DNA of 64,000 nucleotides, from NCBI GenBank assembly GCA_016861205.1, contig BOKX01000001.1:895835-959834 (forward strand). Reading direction: 5' to 3'. The DNA is from Patescibacteria group bacterium (GTDB taxonomy: Bacteria > Patescibacteriota > Microgenomatia > UBA1400 > PJMF01). Numbering within the stretch: the first letter of the stretch is position 1; each line of letters opens with the position of its first letter. The position numbers and the translations under genes were made by a program. Positions 19,128 through 31,406 of this stretch are shown here, piece by piece. The notes below the pieces were generated by a model. The model was not told the origin of the DNA, did no database searches, and was given only the letters and a program-made list of their open reading frames with translations.

Positions 19128-19199
19128 ATGCGACAGTACTTTTCTACCACCGCCATGCAGTGCCAAATCCAAAAACCCGGTGGTGGAGGGGGTCCGTAG
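19128..19199 (+). CDS. Putative leader peptide MRQYFSTTAMQCQIQKPGGGGGP
   Basis: 23-codon ORF 10 nt after the -10 box, ending in five Gly codons that overlap the antiterminator strand. Confidence 0.5.
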   Translation: MRQYFSTTAMQCQIQKPGGGGGP

Positions 19200-19254
19200 T
19201 CGTTAAGTAGTAGTACATAACACAACACAAACCCTCCACACAGGAGGGTTTTTT
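19141..19254 (+). promoter_or_regulatory. Transcription attenuator (1:2, 2:3 and 3:4 pairings) ending in an intrinsic terminator
   Basis: ACCACCG(19146-52)/CGGTGGT(19178-84); GTGGAGGG(19183-90)/CCCTCCAC(19232-39); terminator AAACCCTCC-ACACA-GGAGGGTTTTTT (19229-19254). Confidence 0.7.
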
Positions 19255-19298
19255 AGTATCTGCTGGCCGAACAAGTACAGCAGACAGAAAGGAGAGTC

Positions 19299-19478
19299 AT
19301 GACAGACTCTGATCACGTGCCCTATTCTAGGCGAGGCTTAGAAAACCTGGCTGCTGCTCTCAACATTAACACCGCCTACCTCTGGGTTAACCCCGGACGT
19401 GGGAGCCTGGAGCTGCGCGAAGTTGATGATGGTGTCCCAGCCACCGCCGAGCCGACGGCTGGTAGCGAAAAGGAATAG
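19299..19478 (+). CDS. 59-aa hypothetical protein (not in the ORF track)
   Basis: Strong SD (GAAAGGAG) before the ATG; MTDSDHVPYSRRGLENLAAALNINTAYLWVNPGRGSLELREV...EKE*. Confidence 0.6.
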   Translation: MTDSDHVPYSRRGLENLAAALNINTAYLWVNPGRGSLELREVDDGVPATAEPTAGSEKE

Positions 19479-19498
19479 GCTGGTGTACATTACTCCTA

Positions 19499-20023
19499 AT
19501 GGAGATTACTGTTGGAACCGATCTCGTACAGTTGCCCTCATCCGAGATTCAAAAATGGCGCCGTCAGCAGCGACTGCAGCTGGGCCAAAACTTCGGTTTG
19601 TCGCCGTCTCCAGGAGAACCAGTCGTAACGTGTAATGCCAAACTTTCCACAGCCGACGAGGCGTCTTTAGATAGCCGAATCAGATCACACTTAGCCACCT
19701 TGCTTCGAGAGAGTGGTGTCGCGCTCTCAGAAATTTGTGAAACAGATCCTCAGTTTCAAATCGCTGTCTACTTGCAGGTGGGGGCCTATATTCATAAGTT
19801 GCAGGTAGAAGCTGATGTCCAGTACTTGCTTATGACTCACCCGCCACTGGTGATAGTTCAAGGTATCGCTCAGCAAGCCGGTGCCGAACCGTATCGGAGT
19901 CCAATTCTTCGGGCGGAGGTAGGCAAGGAGATGGTAGTGGCTTTGATACGGAGTACGTTTACTATTCCTTGGCAGTTTCCAGTCTTTTTACAGTCGTTTG
20001 TTAATAAGCAGTTGCCGATTTAG
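19499..20023 (+). CDS. Hypothetical protein
   Basis: 174-aa ATG ORF 20 nt downstream of the 59-aa ORF; no recognised motif. Confidence 0.55.
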   Translation: MEITVGTDLVQLPSSEIQKWRRQQRLQLGQNFGLSPSPGEPVVTCNAKLSTADEASLDSRIRSHLATLLRESGVALSEICETDPQFQIAVYLQVGAYIHKLQVEADVQYLLMTHPPLVIVQGIAQQAGAEPYRSPILRAEVGKEMVVALIRSTFTIPWQFPVFLQSFVNKQLPI

Positions 20024-20066
20024 TGGCCAACTTCGGGGGAGGCGGCATTTTCGTTGGTTCAATCTC

Positions 20067-20094
20067 TTGCAATCATCTGCTAAAGTGCTATAAT
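20067..20094 (+). promoter_or_regulatory. rRNA-unit promoter
   Basis: TTGCAA-16 nt-TATAAT with an extended TG, ~100 nt upstream of tRNA-Ala. Confidence 0.75.
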
Positions 20095-20195
20095 TCCTTT
20101 CGTTCGGGAAAACTCTACACGCGACATTATGTGCCGTTTGGTCCATAATCCCTCCGCACCGTTTTCGATTTTGACAAGTGAAGATACCTTAAATC

Positions 20196-20269
20196 GGGCC
20201 CTTAGCTCAGTTGGCTAGAGCGCCACATTTGCAATGTGGAGGCCAAGGGTTCGAGCCCCTTAGGGTCCA
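20196..20269 (+). tRNA. tRNA-Ala(TGC), CCA not encoded
   Basis: Cloverleaf GGGCCCT/AGGGTCC-A with G3:U70; anticodon arm CCACA-TT-TGC-AA-TGTGG; T-loop GGTTCGAG. Confidence 0.97.
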
Positions 20270-20364
20270 CAACTAACACAAGTCAAACACCGCTGACTGA
20301 ATTTCAGTTATCGCTGTTTGCTTTGTGCTCTACGGAGTGTCAAAGCAAAGTACCTGATTTTCAG

Positions 20365-20384
20365 GTGCTCCTTAACAAGTGAAG
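20365..20384 (+). promoter_or_regulatory. boxA-like antitermination element before 23S (second copy at ~20171-20183)
   Basis: GTGCTCCTTAACAAGTGAAG resembles rrn boxA TGCTCTTTAACA; a related TTGACAAGTGAAG precedes the tRNA. Confidence 0.6.
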
Positions 20385-20498
20385 AAGAAGTCAGATCCAT
20401 GTGATTAGCATCACATGGATTAATAAACATACTTTGTTTATCTCAATTAATTTTATTTTTTGACTTAAGTAAAGTAGGTTAGCATCAACATCATGCCA

Positions 20499-23420
<2,922 letters not shown>

Positions 23421-23548
23421 TTGGCCATGATGATGGTGCTTCAAGACTTGTTTGCTGCAAAAGTAACAAGTTTGACTTTTTCTTCACTGTTTTAGGAGCA
23501 GCTGCTCGGAATTCTTTCCGAGATCAGGTACTCAACTAAAGCGTTTGG

Positions 23549-23666
23549 TGCTGGTCTCTAGAGCGAGGTGGAACCAACTCTTCCCTTCCCGAACAGAGTC
23601 TTGAAACGCCTCAGCGGTGACAATAATTCCCGGGCAACTGGGTGTGAAGATAGCTCGAGGCCGGCA
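23549..23666 (+). rRNA. rrf: 5S ribosomal RNA
   Basis: TGCTGGTCTC/GAGGCCGGCA terminal helix, CCGAAC loop C, ~118 nt, downstream of 23S and followed by a T tract. Confidence 0.93.
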
Positions 23667-23713
23667 CCAAGCGCTTTTTTTATGCCTTTTGACCTATGTG
23701 GTAGGATGAAGGC

Positions 23714-24019
23714 ATGTCATCTTCTTCACTCTCTCCAGATCAAGAACAGGGTGTCCGACAAGCGCCGACCCCAGAGGAAAATGAACTGAGTTTTCTCGAA
23801 GTAGTGGTGGGCAGCGAAATTGTCGGTATTTTTGGGCTGCTGTTGGCCGACATCATTATTCGTGAACGACGGGGTTGGGAAGTCGTGGGGGAAACCTTCA
23901 TTGCATTATGTTTAGCGTTATGGCTGATATCAGTCTCGGGATCGCCACGAGAGGCAGATCGTGGGACCACCAGACCAGCTGTGGAACCACCCCAAGTTGT
24001 ACCCGACGAAGAGAGATAA
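23714..24019 (+). CDS. Small two-TM hypothetical protein
   Basis: Two hydrophobic helices; TGGTAGGAT -10 element 6 nt before the ATG. Confidence 0.5.
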   Translation: MSSSSLSPDQEQGVRQAPTPEENELSFLEVVVGSEIVGIFGLLLADIIIRERRGWEVVGETFIALCLALWLISVSGSPREADRGTTRPAVEPPQVVPDEER

Positions 24020-24023
24020 GTAG

Positions 24024-27000
24024 CTAGATACCTAGATTTGCACCAGCCGGCATAGCCATGGGCTTTTCCATGACCAGAGACTGTTCTTGCGGCTTCTGGC
24101 GGGTGTCGAGTTGATCAAAACTCATGCCGGCGCCTTTTTGGACATAATCCGGATGTGTGACACTGAGCTGGTAAAGGCCTTTTGGTGCAAACAGTTGGTA
24201 TTTACCCCAGGAGTCAGTGATCGCGATAGCTGCGAGCTGATTAGCCTCGGCTCGTCCCAACCGGACCACCGCGCCTTTAATTGGTTGGCCAGCGGCAGTG
24301 GTAATCTTACCGCTGACAGCGGGAGGGGTCAGCCAGGTGCGTGCTTTCCAAGCTACTACAAGCGCGTTAGCAGCTGCAATTCCGATGTTAATTAATGATG
24401 GTGAAACTACGGCCATAACGATCGTAAAGGCGGATAATGGCAAGGCTACTTTGCCGAAGCTGAGACGAGTTGCCCAGCGTTGCCACCAGGGTAGGCGAGC
24501 TTCACTCTTCTGGCCAGGTTGGCGAGGGTCAACTGGTACCACAAACAACTGTTCTTCTCGAGCTGACTTAACACTGAACGGTTCACCCCGATAGAAATCG
24601 CGCAGGGTTTGGTAAGGTTGACGTGGGTGGCGACTGGGGAAACTATACTGCTGGTGGGCGGCCGCTAAGTTGTACGTGCCAGCCGGCAGTTTCACACCCT
24701 GGTACACACCTTTAGTGTCCGATACCACTGTCTCGGTGACGGGAGCTTCACCGGTTTTTGTTTCTTTGGTAACAGTCAGCAATGCAAATGGCACAGCCTC
24801 AAACTGTTGGCTGCCAAGGACCACTCCTTGAGGTGCATGGTGGGCTAAGAAGCCCATGGCTTGTAAGAAGCGAGTGAAAACGGTCCACCAAGATGGTTGG
24901 ACCACGGCCGCAGTGCTGGTGGCGGCTCCTACCGCCGAGCCAGCGGCAGCGCTGGCCCCACTTGCTACGGCTCCTCCTACCGCGCTTCCCACCGCTCCTG
25001 CGGCGGCAGTTACTGATCCAGCTGCGGCTACACTTGAGGCTATGACCGCCGTGGTCAAAGCCACAGAGGCAGCCACCGCGGTGGTGACAACAGCAGTGAT
25101 GACTATGAGTTCGGCTACAAGGGCGCTGACCGGGGCAACTGCTTTGGCTGCTTCAGTGACTGTTGCCACGATAGCTGCGACTTGGTTTGCGAGCGACTCG
25201 GTGGTGTCTTCAGTGGTTTCGCGAATGTCTTCAAGACTGGGCAAAGTCGGTGTAGGTGAGGGATCAACTGCGCCAATGTTGCCACCCTCACTGTCGAGTG
25301 GTTCTGTCGGTCCAGAGACGATGGGTGGGATTTCTCCTGGGGTGAGTACAGAGCCAAACGCGTTGTAAGAAAGATAGACAGTCTGGGTAGTGGTCTCATT
25401 ACCTGCATTGTCTCGAGAAATGATATTTACTCGATACCAACCATCAGTTAGTGGGAAGGGGGCGGCGACTGAGAAAGAGGCTGTCTTGGCGACGCCGTTC
25501 TCATCAGTCACGGACAGGTTATCAACATATGATGAGGCGTAGTCGGTGTAGACCGCACTGGGGCCCTGAGGGTCGACAGCATTCACCAGTTGTTGAATGA
25601 CCAAGCGAACTTTGTTCGGGCCGGCGGACACCTTGTCAAAGGTGTCTTGGCTACCGTTTGAGTTGTTGCGCGTGCTGCCTTCATATGGATCTCTGATTTG
25701 ACCCGAGAAGACCGGAATCCGGTTGAGCAAACTCATGGTGTACTCGCCACCGTTGGTGACTGAGCCAATGGTGTTGAGGCTGAGTCCATTGATGCTTGGC
25801 GCGGTGGTGTCGAGCTGAAACTCTGCCTGGACCGTCTTGAGGTTACCGGAGGTATCAAAAATATCAACTGTCCACTTGTGTTTACCCTGGGTGAGGCCAC
25901 CTTCGGTACCTAATTTTTTGAAGTAGACAGAGATCTCGTCGTTATTGGGGTCGCTGTCATTCTCATTGCGGAAAACAACTCGAACATTGTCATCGTCGCG
26001 CCAAACGTACTCGGCTGAGCCATTGCCATTGGCCGGGATATCACTGACCGAAAAGTTCCGGTTTTTGTCACCATCAAGTGTCACGGTGTAAGAGCCAACT
26101 CCACCCGTGGTGGTCGTTGATTTTGAGAAGGTGAGTGTTGGGGTGGTGTTGTTAATGGTTCCTGTTGCTGACTTGAAGTCAACACTGCCAGTGCCTTCCG
26201 CAGCGGGGGTCTCGCTGTCGCCAACTTGACTGATACCACCGGTGCCGGTCATGCCAGTAATGGCCCAGACCTGGAAGCCGTTAACAGTGGTGATGCTGGT
26301 ATCGGCATCTGCCTCAACTTTGGTGATGGCGCCAGCACAGTCTGCAGTCACTTGAGCCAGACTAGTGGCATTCGGACAGATGATGACTGACGTGTCACCA
26401 GCGGAGTAGGGAACATACAGCGTGTGGGTAGCGGCGGCACCGGGAGCTGAGGTCACATTTTCGATCACTGCTTTGCGATTGGTGGTGTCGACGTCACCAG
26501 CCACCGTTGACCAGTCTCGGTCGGTAGTTAGGTTGACCTCGATACTTGAGATGGGATAGCTATTGCCTGTATCAATAACTTGGACAGTTTCGGCACTATT
26601 GTTAACACCATTGCCGCTGCCGTAGGTGATGTTTGTGCCACTGGTAGTTTGAGCCTGGATTCCTGACAAATTGCGAATCTGATACAAACTCGCCAAGCGC
26701 TGAAAGAAGAAGAGGTTGGTTTCACCACTGCGGGTTTCTTCCCAGACTGCTCCCACGCTGCCAGTGCTGAGTCGAGCCATGGATGGTCGGCCAGTACCGC
26801 TATCCAGATCGAGGGTGGTGGTGGAGTCCCAGAGAAGTGTGCCATCGGTGCGGACGCCCTGTACAAAGTGGTGTTCAGCCACACTATCTGAAGCAATGAC
26901 AAAGATCCCGTTGTCACCATCTTCTTCCATCTCAATCAGACTGTTATGACCGAGCAGACTGATGGCACTCACGTCAGCTCCCCACACTGAAGTGAAAGAG

Positions 27001-28865
27001 TCGAAGTTATAGCGTTGGACCAAAACTTGTGTTTCGCCTTGAAACCAGGCCATGTACCAGGTATTGGCAGCGGTGCTACTGGTGTCCCGCTTAATGATGG
27101 CGCGATCGCCACTACTTGTAAAGTCATCTTCAACTTGAATAGCGGCACTCACGTCGCCAGGAGCGTAGATGCGGCGGGCCAGCAACTCGCTGGGGGTGGA
27201 GCTTTTGTGATACAGCACTGTCATGCCGCCGCCGTCATCAGGGACGTTGATCATGAATGGGAAAGAAGTGTCAACCTGAGCGCCGCTGTCAATGGAGACC
27301 CCATTTATAAAGCCTTGACTGATAGGATCATTGGGGTTGCCATCCTCACCCAAGCGGTAACCACGCAGGACATAGTCACTCGCCTCACCACGCTCGGCAA
27401 TGATGAAATAACCCATCGAGTCTGAGGCTGCTGACCAGAAGCCTCGCACATTGGAGATGAGAGAGAGCGGTGTGCCACCTGAACCCCATTGTTTTTGACC
27501 GTTGGTATTGAGGCGTTGACCCTCAATACTATCAGTATCAATATTGTGGGCAAAAACAGCAGCGCCATAGCCATCCATACCCAGAGTCAAGGTCATGTTG
27601 TCAGCATTATTTGAGTTCAGAGGGTTAAAAACCTGAACACCTTCGGTCAATGGTCCGGGCGTCGACAAGTTGAAAACAACCGTTCCCATCGACCAATCTC
27701 GAGCAGCAGCATAATCAGTACCTATGCCCCAACTGAAGGTTGTCGAGCCATCCGCATCGGTTGGCACGGTGTAGGTTGTGCTCACATGATCATAGTTTAG
27801 CCACAAGAAGTACAGTTCTGTGGCAGGTCGGGGAGAGTAGTTATTTACAAGTATGTCGTGCCAGGTGTTAATTTCATTTTCCGTGGTGAACTCACCCCAG
27901 GAAAGTGTCGACACAATAGCTTGATCGTTGAGTGTACTGTTGTCTGCAACAGTCGTAATGCCCGTTCCTGAAGGTCCACCACCTGTGCCACCATTAATAC
28001 AACTGGAAGAAGCAATAGGATCGGCAGCATCAACGTTGGTGAAGACATCAGCGGAAACATTGATGTCGGTTTCGCCAGTGACGCTATAGGTCACTGTTGA
28101 AGACACGACATCAGGGTTTGCTATGCCATAGAGCGAGACATGGGTGTAGTGGTCATTGGCAGCGTTGCTCCCAACATTACTACAGATTTCGGTTAACGGT
28201 GTGCCGTCCCAGAGCACATTATCAACCGAAGCCAAGCCATCGGTTGATTCGTAGGTAAGGGTGACATAAATGTATTGATCTACCGCTGTAACTTCGAGTG
28301 GAAGCGGATCAGAGTCGAAATAAGTGTGTGCATGTGAGCTGGTGACTACTCGACTATTTGACCACAGGAGGTCTCCAGTATTAAAGTCCAGCTTCTGAGC
28401 ATAGAACTCAGTATTATTGATTTGACCGTCGCGATTGGCCGACCAGGCAACGATCAAGTTGTTATCAGCATCTTTGACCGAGTCGGGGTCCCAGTCAGGA
28501 TACATGATGCCACCTGACCAACCGCCGGTAAAGAGAGTGGTGACCAAGACGCCACCTTCAGTCCAGAGAGCAGCGCCATCACTGTTGAAATGTTGAGCAT
28601 AAATATTGACGTCGGTGTTTATGCCATCGCGTTGCTCTTTCCAGACCATGTAGGCGCCACCATTGCCATCGGCAATCATCTTGGCAGGAGCGGAGTTGGC
28701 ATTGTAGGCTAGCGAGCCCCGAACATTAACGCCACCGTCCGGAGAAACCGGCACGCGAGTCACGACGGCCGCTGTCGCAGTGTTGACACTTGGCCCAATC
28801 AAAAGCCAAACCAGGCTAGCAAAAATAGCGAAGCGACGCCAAAGCTGATACCGAACTTTCCGCAT
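24024..28865 (-). CDS. Large cell-surface protein: signal peptide, beta-propeller-like repeats, Ig-like domains, Ala-rich membrane segment, two carboxypeptidase-regulatory-like domains
   Basis: Repeats such as IYAQHFNSDG..LW and DGNGGAYMVW; DTTAPSI and D.AGN Ig-like motifs; SGKIT...GQPIKGAVVRL...TD..GKY..F...G.YQLSV.HPDY at the C-terminus; start reset to ATG 28865. Confidence 0.75.
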   Translation of the reverse strand: MRKVRYQLWRRFAIFASLVWLLIGPSVNTATAAVVTRVPVSPDGGVNVRGSLAYNANSAPAKMIADGNGGAYMVWKEQRDGINTDVNIYAQHFNSDGAALWTEGGVLVTTLFTGGWSGGIMYPDWDPDSVKDADNNLIVAWSANRDGQINNTEFYAQKLDFNTGDLLWSNSRVVTSSHAHTYFDSDPLPLEVTAVDQYIYVTLTYESTDGLASVDNVLWDGTPLTEICSNVGSNAANDHYTHVSLYGIANPDVVSSTVTYSVTGETDINVSADVFTNVDAADPIASSSCINGGTGGGPSGTGITTVADNSTLNDQAIVSTLSWGEFTTENEINTWHDILVNNYSPRPATELYFLWLNYDHVSTTYTVPTDADGSTTFSWGIGTDYAAARDWSMGTVVFNLSTPGPLTEGVQVFNPLNSNNADNMTLTLGMDGYGAAVFAHNIDTDSIEGQRLNTNGQKQWGSGGTPLSLISNVRGFWSAASDSMGYFIIAERGEASDYVLRGYRLGEDGNPNDPISQGFINGVSIDSGAQVDTSFPFMINVPDDGGGMTVLYHKSSTPSELLARRIYAPGDVSAAIQVEDDFTSSGDRAIIKRDTSSTAANTWYMAWFQGETQVLVQRYNFDSFTSVWGADVSAISLLGHNSLIEMEEDGDNGIFVIASDSVAEHHFVQGVRTDGTLLWDSTTTLDLDSGTGRPSMARLSTGSVGAVWEETRSGETNLFFFQRLASLYQIRNLSGIQAQTTSGTNITYGSGNGVNNSAETVQVIDTGNSYPISSIEVNLTTDRDWSTVAGDVDTTNRKAVIENVTSAPGAAATHTLYVPYSAGDTSVIICPNATSLAQVTADCAGAITKVEADADTSITTVNGFQVWAITGMTGTGGISQVGDSETPAAEGTGSVDFKSATGTINNTTPTLTFSKSTTTTGGVGSYTVTLDGDKNRNFSVSDIPANGNGSAEYVWRDDDNVRVVFRNENDSDPNNDEISVYFKKLGTEGGLTQGKHKWTVDIFDTSGNLKTVQAEFQLDTTAPSINGLSLNTIGSVTNGGEYTMSLLNRIPVFSGQIRDPYEGSTRNNSNGSQDTFDKVSAGPNKVRLVIQQLVNAVDPQGPSAVYTDYASSYVDNLSVTDENGVAKTASFSVAAPFPLTDGWYRVNIISRDNAGNETTTQTVYLSYNAFGSVLTPGEIPPIVSGPTEPLDSEGGNIGAVDPSPTPTLPSLEDIRETTEDTTESLANQVAAIVATVTEAAKAVAPVSALVAELIVITAVVTTAVAASVALTTAVIASSVAAAGSVTAAAGAVGSAVGGAVASGASAAAGSAVGAATSTAAVVQPSWWTVFTRFLQAMGFLAHHAPQGVVLGSQQFEAVPFALLTVTKETKTGEAPVTETVVSDTKGVYQGVKLPAGTYNLAAAHQQYSFPSRHPRQPYQTLRDFYRGEPFSVKSAREEQLFVVPVDPRQPGQKSEARLPWWQRWATRLSFGKVALPLSAFTIVMAVVSPSLINIGIAAANALVVAWKARTWLTPPAVSGKITTAAGQPIKGAVVRLGRAEANQLAAIAITDSWGKYQLFAPKGLYQLSVTHPDYVQKGAGMSFDQLDTRQKPQEQSLVMEKPMAMPAGANLGI

Positions 28866-28945
28866 AACTTTTTTACTATAACGCCTGGGTGTGGTGATAT
28901 ACAACCCAAAAATAGTTTTGTGCTTTTTATTACCAAAAGGTATCG

Positions 28946-30004
28946 TTATGGGATCGTAATTTCGTCGTCCAGGTAAACGTCTTGGATTGCCTGTAGTAGC
29001 GAGATCCCATCAGCAAGTGAACGATTAAAGGCTTTGCGACCGGCAATGACACCGCTACCGCCAGCGCGCTTGTTGATGACCGCAGTCTTTACAGCCTCGG
29101 CTAGATCGCCCTCACCTCGACTTTCACCTCCAGAATTAATCATGCCGATTTGACCTGAGTAACAATTGGCTACCTGGTAGCGGGTCATGTCGATGGGGTG
29201 GGGAGACATCAGCCGCTCGTACATCTCATCTGAGTACTTACTAAAGCCCAGCTGACGAAAGCCATCCATCACGGTCGGTGGCTTTTGCTTGATGATGTCG
29301 GCTTCGATGGTGACGCCGAGGTGATTGGCTTGACCGGTGATGTCGGCAGCTGTTTCGTAGCTCACCCCGTCTTTGATGTAACCAGGATTGCGAGGGTAGC
29401 ACCAGAGTATGGTAAACAAGCCGAGTTCATGAGCGCGGGCGAACAGCTCGCTAACTTCCTGAAGCTGGCGAGTTGATTCTGGAGCGCCAAAATAAATTGT
29501 GGCCCCGACTCCAACCGCGCCAAGATCATATGCTTGTTGGGCGGTGCCAAACATAATCTGGTCGTGCTTGGTGGGGTAGGTCAGAAGCTCGTTGTGGTTG
29601 AGTTTGACCACAAATGGAATCTGGTCGGCATACTTTTGACTCATCAGCCCCAACACCCCCAAACTCGAGGCCACGGCATTACAGCCACCTTCCATAGCTA
29701 GTTTGATGATGTTTTCTGGGTCGAAGTAGTCAGGATTGGGAGCGAATGAGAAGCCAGCTGTGTGTTCGAGGCCTTGATCCACCGGCAAAATTGACAAGTA
29801 GCCAGTGCCACCGAGTCGGCCGTGATTGTACAGGCGTTTCAGGTTGTGGAGAACGCTGGTAGACCGATCTGAGCTGCCGAAGACCTGTTCGACAGTTTCC
29901 AAGCTGGGTAAATGGAGCTGGGTGCGGGCAATTTTAGGACTGTTAAACTCTAGGAGTTCAGTTGCTTCAGACCCGAGTAGTGAGACTATTTCTTGGTGTT
30001 CCAT
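28946..30004 (-). CDS. fbaB: Class I fructose-bisphosphate aldolase (DhnA/FbaB type)
   Basis: GRLGGTGYLSILPVDQG.EH, KLNHNELLTYP, ADIIKQK (Schiff-base Lys) and NKRAGG.G.I.GRKAF. Confidence 0.96.
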   Translation of the reverse strand: MEHQEIVSLLGSEATELLEFNSPKIARTQLHLPSLETVEQVFGSSDRSTSVLHNLKRLYNHGRLGGTGYLSILPVDQGLEHTAGFSFAPNPDYFDPENIIKLAMEGGCNAVASSLGVLGLMSQKYADQIPFVVKLNHNELLTYPTKHDQIMFGTAQQAYDLGAVGVGATIYFGAPESTRQLQEVSELFARAHELGLFTILWCYPRNPGYIKDGVSYETAADITGQANHLGVTIEADIIKQKPPTVMDGFRQLGFSKYSDEMYERLMSPHPIDMTRYQVANCYSGQIGMINSGGESRGEGDLAEAVKTAVINKRAGGSGVIAGRKAFNRSLADGISLLQAIQDVYLDDEITIP

Positions 30005-30044
30005 ACTATTAATAATAGTATGGTTGCGGGCTAATCGCTAGCAG

Positions 30045-31316
30045 CTACTTTTCCAGCAGCGGTTCTACGCCTGGTAACATTTTGCCAGCTAGAAACTCAA
30101 GTGAGGCCCCACCAGCGGTGGAGATGTAGTCATACTCGGTGGTGAGTCCAAACTGTTCGATAGCAGCCATGGTATCACCCCCACCCAGAACCGAAGTGGC
30201 TTTGGTTTTGGCAATGGCTTTGGCAATTTGTCGCGTGCCGGCGGCAAAGCTGGGGTTTTCAAACACGCCCATCGGGCCGTTCCAGAACACTGTCCCAGCT
30301 TGGCTGATCAGCTCTTGGTACAGTTTAATGGTGCGCGGTCCAATATCTAGGAACATCCAATTTGGCTTAACACGGTCCAACTCAGCCTTCCCATCAGTTG
30401 CCAGGTCGATGACTTGACTAGCTTTGGCTTCTAGGCTAGTTCCCACCACCACATCGGTGGGGTAGATGATTTTTGGGAGGGGAACATAGCCGTCTTTGAG
30501 CATGCGCTCGGGTTTGGTTTCTTCAATCAAGTGTTCAGCCACGGCCACGTAGTCAACCCCTTTTTTCTTGAGGTCAGCTGGGGTGTCTTGGACGTAGGAC
30601 TGGCCGATGGCAAATCCTTCCGCTTTCAGAAAATTGTTGGCCACCCCACCGCCCACCAAAACCAAGTCGGCCAGGTGGGTCAGGTTGACCACAGCTTCCA
30701 CCTTATCAGAAATCTTGGCGCCACCGATAACCATGACAAACGGTCGTTTGGGTTTGGTCAGTAGTCGGTGCAAGGTCGAAACCTCTGTCGCAAAAGCAGT
30801 ACCCATGAAGGATGGCAAAAAGTGAGTCACCCCTTCGGTTGAGGCATGAGCGCGGTGGGCGGTTGAGAAAGCTTCGTTAATAAACACTTCGGCGTGACCG
30901 GCCAATTCCTTGGCAAAGTCAGCGTCGTTGGCTTCTTCCTGTGCATAAAAACGCAGGTTTTCCAACATGACAACTTGACCAGGTTTAAGAGCTGAGACAG
31001 CGGTGGCCACTTGTTCTCCGCGACAGTCGGGCACGAACTGAATCGGTTGACGGAGCAGTTTTCCCAGGTGTTTGGCGGTGGGTTGGAGTGAGAATTCGGG
31101 TTGGGCCTTGCCTTCCGGTCTCCCGAGATGGGATATCAAGATGACCTTGGCGCGGTGGTCAATGAGAAATCGAAGGGTGTCTAGGGAAGCCTGAATCCGG
31201 TTATCGTTGGTAACTTGCGTGCGATCGCTGCTGAGGGGGACGTTGTAGTCAACCCGGACCAAAACCACTTTGTCTTTGATGTCACTGACCTTTGGTAACC
31301 GTGGTGTGAACTGCAT
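30045..31316 (-). CDS. pgk: Phosphoglycerate kinase
   Basis: RVDYNVP, SHLGRP, LENLRF, HRAHAS, GGAKISDK, WNGPMGVFE, GGGDT and STAGGASLE. Confidence 0.97.
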   Translation of the reverse strand: MQFTPRLPKVSDIKDKVVLVRVDYNVPLSSDRTQVTNDNRIQASLDTLRFLIDHRAKVILISHLGRPEGKAQPEFSLQPTAKHLGKLLRQPIQFVPDCRGEQVATAVSALKPGQVVMLENLRFYAQEEANDADFAKELAGHAEVFINEAFSTAHRAHASTEGVTHFLPSFMGTAFATEVSTLHRLLTKPKRPFVMVIGGAKISDKVEAVVNLTHLADLVLVGGGVANNFLKAEGFAIGQSYVQDTPADLKKKGVDYVAVAEHLIEETKPERMLKDGYVPLPKIIYPTDVVVGTSLEAKASQVIDLATDGKAELDRVKPNWMFLDIGPRTIKLYQELISQAGTVFWNGPMGVFENPSFAAGTRQIAKAIAKTKATSVLGGGDTMAAIEQFGLTTEYDYISTAGGASLEFLAGKMLPGVEPLLEK

Positions 31317-31406
31317 ATCTGGAACAATCGCTACTAGAAGTGGTGTTTAGCCAGGTAAGTATGATATACTTCACTCCGCTTTGCAAGAAAGGGGATAGTT
31401 TCAGCT

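Noticed and set aside
19170-19254. T-box riboswitch
   Set aside because: No Stem I/specifier loop or GGTGGNACCGCG T-box consensus, and the leader is too short.
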